Assembly (NCBI GenBank): GCA_028687045.1
Contig: JAQUAW010000001.1
Span: 2,034-66,033 of the forward strand
Source of the DNA: Patescibacteria group bacterium
Lineage (GTDB): Bacteria > Patescibacteriota > Patescibacteriia > Magasanikbacterales > UBA922
Length of the DNA: 64,000 nucleotides
Direction: 5' to 3'
Position numbers and translations under genes: made by a program. Shown here piece by piece: positions 1 through 8,988 of the stretch. The notes beneath the pieces are model-generated. The model had not been told where the DNA came from. It did no database searches and saw only the letters and a list, made by a program, of their open reading frames with translations. Numbering within the stretch: position 1 is the first letter of the stretch; each line of letters opens with the position of its first letter.

Positions 1-525
1 GATAAAATAAAAAACACAGAAACCTTTCCTGGGTGTTTGGCGGTGATTGATCAATTGGAAATCTTGGCAGATCAGCTTGATGATGGACCGATAATTTGTC
101 TCGATGCTATTAAAGATCCAGGTAATCTAGGTACTATTATTCGCACGGCCGATTGGTTTGGTTTCAAGAATATTTTACTTTCTGAAGACACTGTGGATGT
201 CTACAATCCCAAAACTGTGCGTAGTACTATGGGTTCAATTTTTCATTTGAAGATTGCAAAAACCAGTAATCTTTTAAAAACTCTAGAAAAGCTCAAAAAA
301 GAGTCTGAATACAAAATTTACTCACTAGATTTGAAAGGGGAGAGTCACAAAAAAATGAAATATGAAGAAAAAGTTGTCTATATTTTTGGTAGTGAATCTC
401 AAGGAATTAGAGAAGGTCTTGAAAAAATAGTCGATAAGAGCTATAATATAGCAGGTCAAGGTCAAGCTGAATCACTCAATGTGGCAATTTCAGCTGCTAT
501 TGTAATGGCTAATTTATCATCCTAA
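1..525 (+). CDS. SpoU/TrmH-family RNA 2'-O-methyltransferase, C-terminal part. The 5' end is cut by the window edge and the frame is open back to position 1.
   Basis: ORF track 37..525 with no in-frame stop upstream. It has SpoU-like motifs (DPGNLGTIIRTADWFG, ESLNVAISAAI). Confidence 0.6.
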   Translation, partial: DKIKNTETFPGCLAVIDQLEILADQLDDGPIICLDAIKDPGNLGTIIRTADWFGFKNILLSEDTVDVYNPKTVRSTMGSIFHLKIAKTSNLLKTLEKLKKESEYKIYSLDLKGESHKKMKYEEKVVYIFGSESQGIREGLEKIVDKSYNIAGQGQAESLNVAISAAIVMANLSS

Positions 526-558
526 GTCGAGAATACGACGAGGGATCTGTAGACTCTG
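526..558 (+). repeat. Intergenic hairpin repeat, Y-type (…GA.GGATCTGTAGAC…)
   Basis: GTCGAGAATACGACGAGGGATCTGTAGACTCTG. Paired with an inverted X-type copy at 631..678. Confidence 0.6.
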
Positions 559-630
559 ATAACCTTCTTAATCTATTTAGCAACATCTTTTAGAATCAAT
601 TAATGATTTATTAAACAAAAACATTTATAC

Positions 631-678
631 TTAAGAAAGATCCCATGTCGAGCTTCGCCGACTTTGGGATTGTGAGAA
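631..678 (-). repeat. Intergenic hairpin repeat, X-type, abutting the gltX start
   Basis: CTTAAGAAAGATCCC…TTCGCCGACTTTGGGAT is the reverse complement of the X consensus GGTCATCCYGAGCCGACGAAGTACGGCGTAAGGATCTTTCTTAAG. Confidence 0.6.
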
Positions 679-681
679 CAT

Positions 682-2139
682 ATGATAAGAACACGTTTTG
701 CACCAAGTCCAACAGGCTATTTACATATTGGTAGTTTGCGTACAGCTCTTTATGCTTATCTTTTTGCACGCAAACATGATGGTAAGTTTTTGCTTCGTAT
801 TGAAGACACTGACCAAGGACGTTTTGTAGAAGGATCTCTTGAAAATATTCTTGAATCATTTGCTTGGACTCACGTTACAATAGATGAAGGAGTCGTTTTG
901 GAAAATGGAGAAATCAAACAAAAAGGTGATAAAGGTCCTTATATTCAATCCGAAAGATTGGAAATTTATCAAAAATATATCAAAGTTTTATTAGAAAAAA
1001 ATGATGCTTATCACTGTTTTTGTAGCAAAGAAAGATTGGACGAAATGCGTAAACAACAAGAAGAAAATAAACTTGCTACAGGTTATGATGGACATTGTCG
1101 TAATTTGACTAAAGAAGAAGTGGATGCAAAACTAGAAAATAAAGAAAGTTTTGTAATTAGAATGAAAATGCCAAAGGAAGGTGTGACTGTAATTGACGAT
1201 ATGGTGCGTGGCCGTGTGGAATTTCAAAACAAGTTAATTGACGATCAAGTTTTGATTAAAGCAGATGGATTTCCAACTTATCATTTTGCGGTAGTAGTAG
1301 ATGATCACTTGATGGAAATTAGTCATGCTATTCGTGCTGAAGAGTGGTTGGCTAGTACTCCAAAACATATTGTGCTTTATAATATGTTTGGTTGGGAAAC
1401 TCCAAAATTTGCTCATTTATCATTGCTCATCAATGAAAAGAAACAAAAACTTTCCAAACGTCATGGTGACGTATCGGTGATTGATTATGTCAAAAAAGGT
1501 TATTTACCTGAGGCTTTTGTTAATTTTATTGCTTTTTTGGGTTGGAATCCAGGTGATGATAGAGAATTTTTTACTTTGGAAGAATTAGAAAAAGAATTTG
1601 ATTTTGCCAAAGTTGGTAAGGCTGCTGCAGTATTTAATATTGAAAAACTAAATTGGTACAACAAACAATATATAATGAAAATGTCGAAAGAAGAATTGGC
1701 TAAAAGATGTGAAAGTTTTTTTCAAGAAAAAAGTGTAGATGTTAGTAGTTTTGATTTAGCAAAAATTGTTGCTTTGGAACAGGGGAGAGCCAATACTTTA
1801 TTTGAAATAGTAGAGAATACTTCCTTTATTTTTGCTTTGCCAGAGTATGAATCGTCTATGCTTGTCTGGAAAAAATCTGATAAAGAAACAACAAAAGTTA
1901 ATTTACAAAAGACTATTGAATTTTTAGAAAATATAACAGGGGAGTGGACACGTGAAAATCTGGAATCTTCTATGCTTACTTGGATAAAAGAGCAAGGATT
2001 AGGTAATGGTGATGTTTTGTGGCCAATGCGTGTTAGTTTGTCTGGTTTACAAAATTCTCCAGGACCTTTGGAAATTGCTGGAGTACTAGGAAAAGAAGAA
2101 ACTTTGACTAGAATGAGACAGGCTGTAGATAAAATTTAG
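682..2139 (+). CDS. gltX: Glutamyl-tRNA synthetase
   Basis: N-terminal RFAPSPTGYLHIGSLRTALY (HIGH motif) and a KLSKR (KMSKS-like) motif. 485 aa. Confidence 0.9.
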   Translation: MIRTRFAPSPTGYLHIGSLRTALYAYLFARKHDGKFLLRIEDTDQGRFVEGSLENILESFAWTHVTIDEGVVLENGEIKQKGDKGPYIQSERLEIYQKYIKVLLEKNDAYHCFCSKERLDEMRKQQEENKLATGYDGHCRNLTKEEVDAKLENKESFVIRMKMPKEGVTVIDDMVRGRVEFQNKLIDDQVLIKADGFPTYHFAVVVDDHLMEISHAIRAEEWLASTPKHIVLYNMFGWETPKFAHLSLLINEKKQKLSKRHGDVSVIDYVKKGYLPEAFVNFIAFLGWNPGDDREFFTLEELEKEFDFAKVGKAAAVFNIEKLNWYNKQYIMKMSKEELAKRCESFFQEKSVDVSSFDLAKIVALEQGRANTLFEIVENTSFIFALPEYESSMLVWKKSDKETTKVNLQKTIEFLENITGEWTRENLESSMLTWIKEQGLGNGDVLWPMRVSLSGLQNSPGPLEIAGVLGKEETLTRMRQAVDKI

Positions 2140-2176
2140 AATTTTTTGAGAAAACATGCTATAATAGTTTCTAACT

Positions 2177-3433
2177 ATGAAAAAGCGTGTTTTTTTATTT
2201 ATTTCTATTCTTATATCGGTTTTTTTGATAAACCCGTTTTTTGTTTTTACTGTCGATGCTACAGAAGTTGCTAGTACAAAAACAGATATTGATGAATTAA
2301 ATAAACAAATAGCTGACAAGAAAAATAAAGTAGCTGAATTAGAAAAGACGATTAAGGCTTACAAAGAAAAAATAGAACAAACAAAATTGGATTTTACGTC
2401 CTTGTCAAATCAATTATCTATTTTGGATAATTATATAGCCCAAGTAGATTTGGATATTCAATTTACACAACAAAAAATAGAACAAGCAGAGTTACAAATC
2501 AAAGAGATGTCTTTGTCAATTCAAGAAAAAGAAAGAGTAATAGCTGAACAACAAAGGCTTTTGTCTGGTCTTATCAGAACTATTCATTATGAAAATAATA
2601 AAAAGTATATAGAAGTAATGGCTGCTTATAATAGTTTTTCTGATTTTTATAATCGTGTTCATTATGTACAAAATCTTGAAAAAGATATGGGTAAAAGTGC
2701 CAAAACTGTTCGTTTAGCTAGAGAAGATTTGGAAAATAAGAAAAAACAAAAAGAAGAACAACAAAAGAGTTATCAAGAATTAAATGATAAATTGGATAAT
2801 AGAAAGAAAGATTTACAAGAACAAACACAATACAAAGAGAATTTACTTCTAAAAACAAAATCATCTCAACTTACTTTTAGTACTTTGGTAAATAATTTGA
2901 AACAACAGTATAGTCAAATTGAAAATGATATAAGTAGTATTGAAAATCAAGTTAGAAAAAGATTGGAAGAACAAAATAAAATAAATAATGGCAATCCACA
3001 GCAATCTGGTTTGTTGCCTCTTTCTTGGCCAACAGATAGTCGTTATGTGACAGCTTATTTTCATGACAAATCTTACCCTTTTAGAAATATTTTTGAACAT
3101 TCAGCTATTGATATTAGAGCTGCACATGGTACGCCTGTACGAGCATTAGCTTCTGGTTATATAGCCCGTACTACTCATTGTGCAACTTCTAGTTGTTATG
3201 CTTATGCTATGATAATCCATTCTGATGGTTTTTCGACTGTTTATGGACATTTGAGTAAAATTATAGTTTCAGAAGATCAGTTTGTGACTAGAGGTGATGT
3301 TATTGGTTATTCTGGTGCAACACCTGGTACTATTGGTGCTGGTCCTTTTACTACAGGCCCTCATTTACATTTGGAAGTACGTAAGAATGGTATTCCAGTA
3401 AATGCCTTAACTTACTTAGTTCAAGACTATTAA
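2177..3433 (+). CDS. Secreted coiled-coil protein with a C-terminal M23 (LytM) metallopeptidase domain; EnvC-like murein hydrolase or activator
   Basis: Signal peptide or TM at the N-terminus, a long K/E/Q-rich coiled coil, and a C-terminal HxxxD...HLHLEVRKNG motif typical of peptidase M23. Confidence 0.7.
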   Translation: MKKRVFLFISILISVFLINPFFVFTVDATEVASTKTDIDELNKQIADKKNKVAELEKTIKAYKEKIEQTKLDFTSLSNQLSILDNYIAQVDLDIQFTQQKIEQAELQIKEMSLSIQEKERVIAEQQRLLSGLIRTIHYENNKKYIEVMAAYNSFSDFYNRVHYVQNLEKDMGKSAKTVRLAREDLENKKKQKEEQQKSYQELNDKLDNRKKDLQEQTQYKENLLLKTKSSQLTFSTLVNNLKQQYSQIENDISSIENQVRKRLEEQNKINNGNPQQSGLLPLSWPTDSRYVTAYFHDKSYPFRNIFEHSAIDIRAAHGTPVRALASGYIARTTHCATSSCYAYAMIIHSDGFSTVYGHLSKIIVSEDQFVTRGDVIGYSGATPGTIGAGPFTTGPHLHLEVRKNGIPVNALTYLVQDY

Positions 3434-3438
3434 TTTTT

Positions 3439-3996
3439 ATGGAATTTAAAAATAAAAAAGATTTTTTTAGTGATAATGTTATATTTTTTGATACTGAATT
3501 TACCAATATTGATACAGAAATCGGTGAACTTATGTCTATAGCACTTGTAAAGCCTAATGGTGAAGAACTTTATCTAGAATTGGCTTATGATGAAAGAAGC
3601 GTGCATCCTTGGGTAACTGAGAATGTAGTACCTTACTTGTCAGGAAACAAAATCTCCAAAGAAGAAGCTCTAAATCAAATCTGGGAGTTTATTGGTAGGG
3701 GAGAAGAGAAGCCTTTTTTGATGGCTTATGTCAATCAATTTGATAGTATTTATTGGTATAGATTATTTTCAGACCCAAAAGAGCATCCTGTTTTTTGGAT
3801 ACCAATTGATTTCGCCTCTATTTTGTTTGCTTATGGTTTTGATCCTGAAATAATGAGAGTAGAGGACTTCTATCAATGGTTGGATATTGATACCAAAAAA
3901 TATAATAAACACAACGCCTTAGATGATGCTAGAAAGTTGAAAGAAGTCTATGATAAATTTAAGAGTAGGGTCCTAGTGTCGCACAATATAGAGTAG
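3439..3996 (+). CDS. DEDDh-family 3'-5' exonuclease (DnaQ/RNase T-like)
   Basis: Exo I FFDTEFT, Exo II YVNQFDSIYW and Exo III HNALDDARKL motifs. Confidence 0.6.
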   Translation: MEFKNKKDFFSDNVIFFDTEFTNIDTEIGELMSIALVKPNGEELYLELAYDERSVHPWVTENVVPYLSGNKISKEEALNQIWEFIGRGEEKPFLMAYVNQFDSIYWYRLFSDPKEHPVFWIPIDFASILFAYGFDPEIMRVEDFYQWLDIDTKKYNKHNALDDARKLKEVYDKFKSRVLVSHNIE

Positions 3997-4001
3997 TAAA
4001 T

Positions 4002-4042
4002 TATAAAAAATAAAAAGGGGAGAGATTAGTTTAATTGTCTCT
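4002..4042. terminator. Bidirectional rho-independent terminator hairpin
   Basis: AAAAAGGGGAGAGA..TCTCTTCCCTTTTTT, a 14-bp perfect stem flanked by an A run and a T run, directly after the stop of 3439..3996. Confidence 0.65.
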
Positions 4043-4864
4043 TCCCTTTTTTAATTATACTTTTCTAATTTATGAATTTATAATTTTGAATTTTGAAACA
4101 ATTTTCAATTTAATAATTTTGAAAAATATTTTTGATAAATTTCAAAAAAAATTATAAAATGATATTTTATTTAAAATAAAATTTTAGATAAATAATCAAA
4201 AGTACTTGCTAGTTGGATGTTTAGAATTGGATTTCTGATTACTACAATAGTCATGGGGATTTTTTAATAAAAAAGATGATACACTATACCTTGAGAAATA
4301 AAGCCCTGTTTTGTAGTGTCGTAAAATATAGATAATAATGGCTAAGTAGAGCCAAAAAGAGGAGATTGTTGTACTACCGAGTAGGTATCTATAATAAGCT
4401 AATAATTACTATAAAATAGCTGTAAAAAAATAGAACAATTATGTATTAAATATTTTTTTGTTAATTTTAAAGTTACATAAGTATTGGATATTAATGTTAG
4501 ATGTAGGGTACTAATGGCTGATGAAACATTTAAATATTATCTTATATTATAGTAGTATGTCGCATAAGGTATATTGTGCGACATTGCTTTAAACTAGTAT
4601 AAATGCTACCCAACTATACTTTTTTGTGTCTCTTCCCTATCAATGTTTTTGTTGCAAACAAAATATATCTAATATATTATTTTACCTTAAATAAAAAATA
4701 GACAATTATATTATTGTGTCTATTTTTTTTATAAATTTGCAGCGACGGTCGTGTGAAGTTTGGTATGGGTAACTAAACTTCTCACGACCGTCTATAGCGT
4801 CCCCTACTCTAGTAGAAAACGCTCTACATATTATATAACTACGTTTCTGAAATCTTGTCAACTG

Positions 4865-5683
4865 TTATTTAATTGTTGCAAAAAGTATTTTTGCGTAGTT
4901 TGGATTTGCGTTGTATAAATTGCTCATTTGTTTGATTACTCTCAAAAGAGATGGTTCAAAATCATTTACTTTTATAGTATCCCCTTCTGTTACATTGTCT
5001 AATACTGTATTTGCTACAGTTTTGACATTTTTGAATTCTCTATCTGTCAAAATCCAAAAAGCCAATTCATTTTCAATATGTCTTTTTTTGTTGTCTTGAA
5101 TAAGATAAACTTTAGGATTATTTGAAGTTTTTACCAAGTCTCCTTCTTTGACAGTATTCTCTGTTGAGGCCACAGTAGCTTCACCTATTTGTTGGCGATA
5201 TTTTGTAAGTTCAGTCAAAACCCATTGTTTAGTAATAGCATTGCCTGGGCAACTTTTTTTTGAGTAATCACGGTGAAAATGTATTTCAGAATCTGGAATA
5301 TTTAATTTTTTTAATAAAGTATTTATAGAATGTAGTGTATTCGTCTTGGTTTCTCCACACCAAACTTGGTTATCATAATCACCAACAACTTCAATACCAA
5401 TACTAAGATGATTGCCACTTCCGGCGTGAATACCATCACGACTCATATCAGAGAATAACCAAATACCATCTTCTGCCACAAAGAGATGTGGTCCTGCAGA
5501 CCAGCCTAGTCCTTCATAATAATGTTTTAAGCCTAGTACAGTGTTTTGTCCGTTCCATTCTTCTTTACTTGGACTCCAAGTATGATGGATTACTAGTTTG
5601 TTTGGGGGTAATGATCCATAATTTTTACTATTTGCGTAGCTAGTAAATTGATTACGATTTAATTTTTGATTTACAATATCCAT
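4865..5683 (-). CDS. N-acetylmuramoyl-L-alanine amidase (amidase_2/PGRP fold) with a C-terminal putative cell-wall-binding repeat
   Basis: Motifs HHTWSP...GWSAGPHLFV...HRDYSKKSCPG. The C-terminal segment VYLIQDNKKRHIENELAFW is shared with the protein at 55586..56989. Confidence 0.7.
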   Translation of the reverse strand: MDIVNQKLNRNQFTSYANSKNYGSLPPNKLVIHHTWSPSKEEWNGQNTVLGLKHYYEGLGWSAGPHLFVAEDGIWLFSDMSRDGIHAGSGNHLSIGIEVVGDYDNQVWCGETKTNTLHSINTLLKKLNIPDSEIHFHRDYSKKSCPGNAITKQWVLTELTKYRQQIGEATVASTENTVKEGDLVKTSNNPKVYLIQDNKKRHIENELAFWILTDREFKNVKTVANTVLDNVTEGDTIKVNDFEPSLLRVIKQMSNLYNANPNYAKILFATIK

Positions 5684-5719
5684 ATATATTATATTTTAAA
5701 ATTAATTTGTTTTATTTTT

Positions 5720-6751
5720 TTATTTCCAATAAATTCTATCAGAATAACGTAGATCTATATAATCCAAAAACTTATTTTCATCTTTTATTTTGTCTCTATA
5801 CAAAGCTTCTATTTTATTTATTTGAGATTTCACATCTATATCAAAACGTGTTTTCATATAAAATCCTTTGTATGTTTTTATGGTAAGATCTTGATGGTTA
5901 TCTTCAAATACAAAATATTTTAAAGGAATTTTTTCATTATTATCTAAATTTTTAAACCAAGCTATAATTGAGCTAACTTCATTTTTGTCTAAAACATTTT
6001 GATTGATAGTTACCTCTTGAAAATTATTTTTATCATAAATAATTGGATAATTACCTAAATCTTTTTTTATTGCATTTATGTCAGGTTCATGAAATCTAGC
6101 TATTACTATGGTAGTGGTAACTGTAGTACCATCATTTGTAGTCGTGGCTACATTTTTGGTAATATCTTTCCATTCATAATCACTGGTTTTACGCATTATT
6201 TCTACTATTTTTCCATCTAAATCAACATAGCTATATTCAATTCCATTATCATAGATAATAGTTGATATTTTTTCTTGAATAATAATTTCTAATTTATTAG
6301 GGAAACTTTTTTTGACTATTATTTTTTCTATAGGATATCTATCTTTTATAATATTTTTTATGTCATTAATATTGGCAATTAAATAGCTGTTTTGTTTGAT
6401 AAAACCGAATTTATTATAATTTAATATACCATTCACAGTGTCCAAAAGTTCTGTTTTGTTTATTCTTTGTATTCCTTCAATATTTATATTTTTGATAGAG
6501 AAAAATGGATGAAAAATAAATAAAGAAAATGTAAAAGATAAACTAAAAACTATAATAACTACTTTTAGATAAATATGATTATTGACTTTTTCATGTAAAA
6601 ATGGATTTTCCATTTCTTTGCCTTGCCAAGCAAAATCACGTCTTGTTTTTTTATAATTAAAAAAAGAGCTAAAAAACTTTTTGGTATTTTTTACTTTATG
6701 ATGAAACTTTCTTTGTAGTTTGTGATGATTTATGATTTTTTTGACTGACAT
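5720..6751 (-). CDS. ftsQ: Cell division protein FtsQ/DivIB-like (single TM plus POTRA)
   Basis: Basic N-terminus, one TM helix, then INIEGIQRINKTELLDTV, which is a POTRA signature. Confidence 0.55.
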   Translation of the reverse strand: MSVKKIINHHKLQRKFHHKVKNTKKFFSSFFNYKKTRRDFAWQGKEMENPFLHEKVNNHIYLKVVIIVFSLSFTFSLFIFHPFFSIKNINIEGIQRINKTELLDTVNGILNYNKFGFIKQNSYLIANINDIKNIIKDRYPIEKIIVKKSFPNKLEIIIQEKISTIIYDNGIEYSYVDLDGKIVEIMRKTSDYEWKDITKNVATTTNDGTTVTTTIVIARFHEPDINAIKKDLGNYPIIYDKNNFQEVTINQNVLDKNEVSSIIAWFKNLDNNEKIPLKYFVFEDNHQDLTIKTYKGFYMKTRFDIDVKSQINKIEALYRDKIKDENKFLDYIDLRYSDRIYWK

Positions 6752-6757
6752 AGAGTA

Positions 6758-6803
6758 CGGTCATCCTGAGCCGACGAAGTACGGCGTAAGGATCTTTCTT
6801 AAG
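6758..6803 (+). repeat. X-type hairpin repeat directly upstream of the ftsQ start
   Basis: CGGTCATCCTGAGCCGACGAAGTACGGCGTAAGGATCTTTCTTAAG. Confidence 0.7.
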
Positions 6804-6933
6804 AAGTACTTTTTAGAAATAATTTATGCTAATTGATTCTTATGATTTTGCTAATACTACTTAAAATATAAACATAATAAATTTTCCCCTCCATATTATT
6901 CTGTTAAATATAATTTATATTTTAGAGTTTGTA

Positions 6934-6966
6934 GGGTCTACAGATCCATCGCTCCGCTCAGGATAA
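6934..6966 (-). repeat. Y-type repeat, the inverted partner of 6758..6803
   Basis: Reverse complement is TTATCCTGAGCGGAGCGATGGATCTGTAGACCCT. Confidence 0.65.
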
Positions 6967-6967
6967 T

Positions 6968-7993
6968 TTAAAATCCACGTTTTTTATTTCTGATAGTTTC
7001 AATAATCCAGTTGAACCAATATAGTGGTGAGACTATATAGTCTTGTGCTGGTAATAAATCAATTTTGAAACCACCAAAACCTTTTTTGAAATGAGTAATA
7101 CCTTTGAAAGGATGACTATCAGGCGCATCGTCAGGAGCTATACCCCAGAAGTTGTAATAGTTTAATCCCCTTCTTTTGGCTTCTTTGATAGCTTCCCATT
7201 GTAGTAAATATGATGTTGGTAATTTTTTGTCTTGAACAAGTGAAGCCCCATGTCTATAAGCTGCTGAATTTCCATAATAATAGACTACAGCAGAAGAATC
7301 TAGCGTGTTGTTGTTTGGTAAGTATGCTTTGATTATAGCGACTTCATTGTCTTTGGAAAAATTTAAAAATTCTTTTTCTACATAACTATTTGAAAAACGT
7401 ACAAAATGATGTTTTTTTGCAGTATAATCATGCAAAACATTGAATTCTTCCAAAACTTTTTTATCATTAGAAAATTCTATTTTTACATTTTCTCTTAGGC
7501 ATCTATTTATTAGATTTCGATGATTTTTGTTCATATTCATCAAAATATTTTCTTCACTATCACGCAAATCCAAAAGCCAAGTCGTTTCAGCTAATACGTG
7601 GGTAGGCGCTTTACGAAAACCTATTTCGGCATAATTTTGTTTGTTTGTTTCAGTATCTTCTATGAAAGGTGAAACACGGATAAAAGAATAATTTTCTTTT
7701 TTGGCTTTTTGTTTTAAAAAATCTAACCAAGACTGCAAAGCTTCTTTGTTATTTTCTGTTATATAAGGTCCATAAGGTACAAAAAGAAAGTTGCCACGTT
7801 TAGCATGTACACTTAATACCAAAGAACCTCCTACAAGTTCATTATTTTTATAAATACCAATAAGCCAGTACTTCTCCCCCATCAATTTATAAAACTCACC
7901 ATATTTGTAAGATTGGTTCATGAGAGTGTATTTTTGTTTTAGCAAAAATTCTTCCCAATTTTTTTTATTTTCAATTTCTTTTATTTCGTACAT
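6968..7993 (-). CDS. FemAB-family peptidoglycan interpeptide-bridge aminoacyltransferase (paralog 1)
   Basis: About 340 aa with a FemABX-like motif layout (GNFLFVPYGP, HHFVRFS, LNYYNFWGI). Tandem with its paralog. Confidence 0.5.
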   Translation of the reverse strand: MYEIKEIENKKNWEEFLLKQKYTLMNQSYKYGEFYKLMGEKYWLIGIYKNNELVGGSLVLSVHAKRGNFLFVPYGPYITENNKEALQSWLDFLKQKAKKENYSFIRVSPFIEDTETNKQNYAEIGFRKAPTHVLAETTWLLDLRDSEENILMNMNKNHRNLINRCLRENVKIEFSNDKKVLEEFNVLHDYTAKKHHFVRFSNSYVEKEFLNFSKDNEVAIIKAYLPNNNTLDSSAVVYYYGNSAAYRHGASLVQDKKLPTSYLLQWEAIKEAKRRGLNYYNFWGIAPDDAPDSHPFKGITHFKKGFGGFKIDLLPAQDYIVSPLYWFNWIIETIRNKKRGF

Positions 7994-7995
7994 AA

Positions 7996-8988
7996 TTATT
8001 TTTCTTTTGTACTATGACCAACAATGGTTCTTTTTCTTAGTTTTTGAATTAAAGAAAATATTTTGTATTTGAAAGGATTCAGAATTATTTCCAAAGGTTT
8101 TGGATAGCATTCTAATTTACCATTAAAACCAGCTTTAAACTTCGCTACACCATCAAGAGGATGAGATTTTTGCCAAGTATAATTATGGTGTGAATTTTTG
8201 TCAGTACTTCCCTCTTTGGCTGGCGGAGCCATTCCCCAAAAGTCATAAACTTTGCAACCAAGTTGTTTGGCTAATTTTATTATTTCAAATTGATTTAGAT
8301 AAGGTCCCATCAAGTTGCGATGACTATTGGAAGACGCACCAAATAAATAATACATTTTGTTTTCATATTTGAAAACAATAGCTGAGGATAATACATCTTC
8401 ACCAAAATAAGTTGTGAGTTGGTAAACAGTATCTAACTTCAATAATTTTTCAATATAAGTTTTGTCATGAGTTCTAATACTATTTCTCTCAGTTGTCATT
8501 TCATTCAATTTCCAATAGGTTTCTAGATTTTTTTCTTGTTTGCATACTACACCTTTTTTGATAGCTAGATTTATATTGTATCTAGTTTTGCTATGCATTT
8601 CAGATAATATTTCATTTTCAGATTTTTCTAGATCTAGTAACCAAGTACATTCTGGTTGACGATTTCTTACTTCGGTGTAACTAAAATTTTTTGTAGTGGT
8701 GCTATTCAATCTTTCAATTCGCCAAAATACAAAATTTTTTTCTTTGAAAAATTTACTTATTTCATCAAGTATTTCTTCAGAAAAAGAAACGCGAGGTACG
8801 TAAATAAATTTCAAACCAAGAGCATTGGAAGTTACTACACCTTGAAATTGTATTTTTTCATTGTCAGTTATCAATTCGTATCTAAGTAGTTGTCTGCCTG
8901 TATCTTTCAAAAATTCACCATATTCCCAAGATTGTAAAAATTCTTTTTTTAGTGTCCAATCCTCTTTTTTTAATACTTCTTTTATCAT
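7996..8988 (-). CDS. FemAB-family aminoacyltransferase (paralog 2)
   Basis: Same architecture as 6968..7993 (FIYVPRVS, KVYDFWGMAP). The stop and start are 3 bp apart. Confidence 0.5.
   Translation of the reverse strand: MIKEVLKKEDWTLKKEFLQSWEYGEFLKDTGRQLLRYELITDNEKIQFQGVVTSNALGLKFIYVPRVSFSEEILDEISKFFKEKNFVFWRIERLNSTTTKNFSYTEVRNRQPECTWLLDLEKSENEILSEMHSKTRYNINLAIKKGVVCKQEKNLETYWKLNEMTTERNSIRTHDKTYIEKLLKLDTVYQLTTYFGEDVLSSAIVFKYENKMYYLFGASSNSHRNLMGPYLNQFEIIKLAKQLGCKVYDFWGMAPPAKEGSTDKNSHHNYTWQKSHPLDGVAKFKAGFNGKLECYPKPLEIILNPFKYKIFSLIQKLRKRTIVGHSTKEK

Noticed and set aside
1234-1416. Numerous short antisense ORFs of 60-110 aa embedded in large genes
   Set aside because: Examples are 1234..1416, 2086..2319, 2861..3100, 8190..8372, 10733..10996, 17609..17896, 28190..29131, 34022..34866, 46329..47450 and 58201..58533. 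Each is fully contained in, and antisense or out of frame to, a well-supported gene, and has low-complexity composition. All are judged spurious.
4865-5683. A prophage, inferred from the amidase_2 endolysin-like gene and the adjacent long non-coding gap
   Set aside because: No integrase, capsid, terminase or other phage genes lie nearby. Amidase_2 with a cell-wall-binding repeat also occurs as a housekeeping autolysin.
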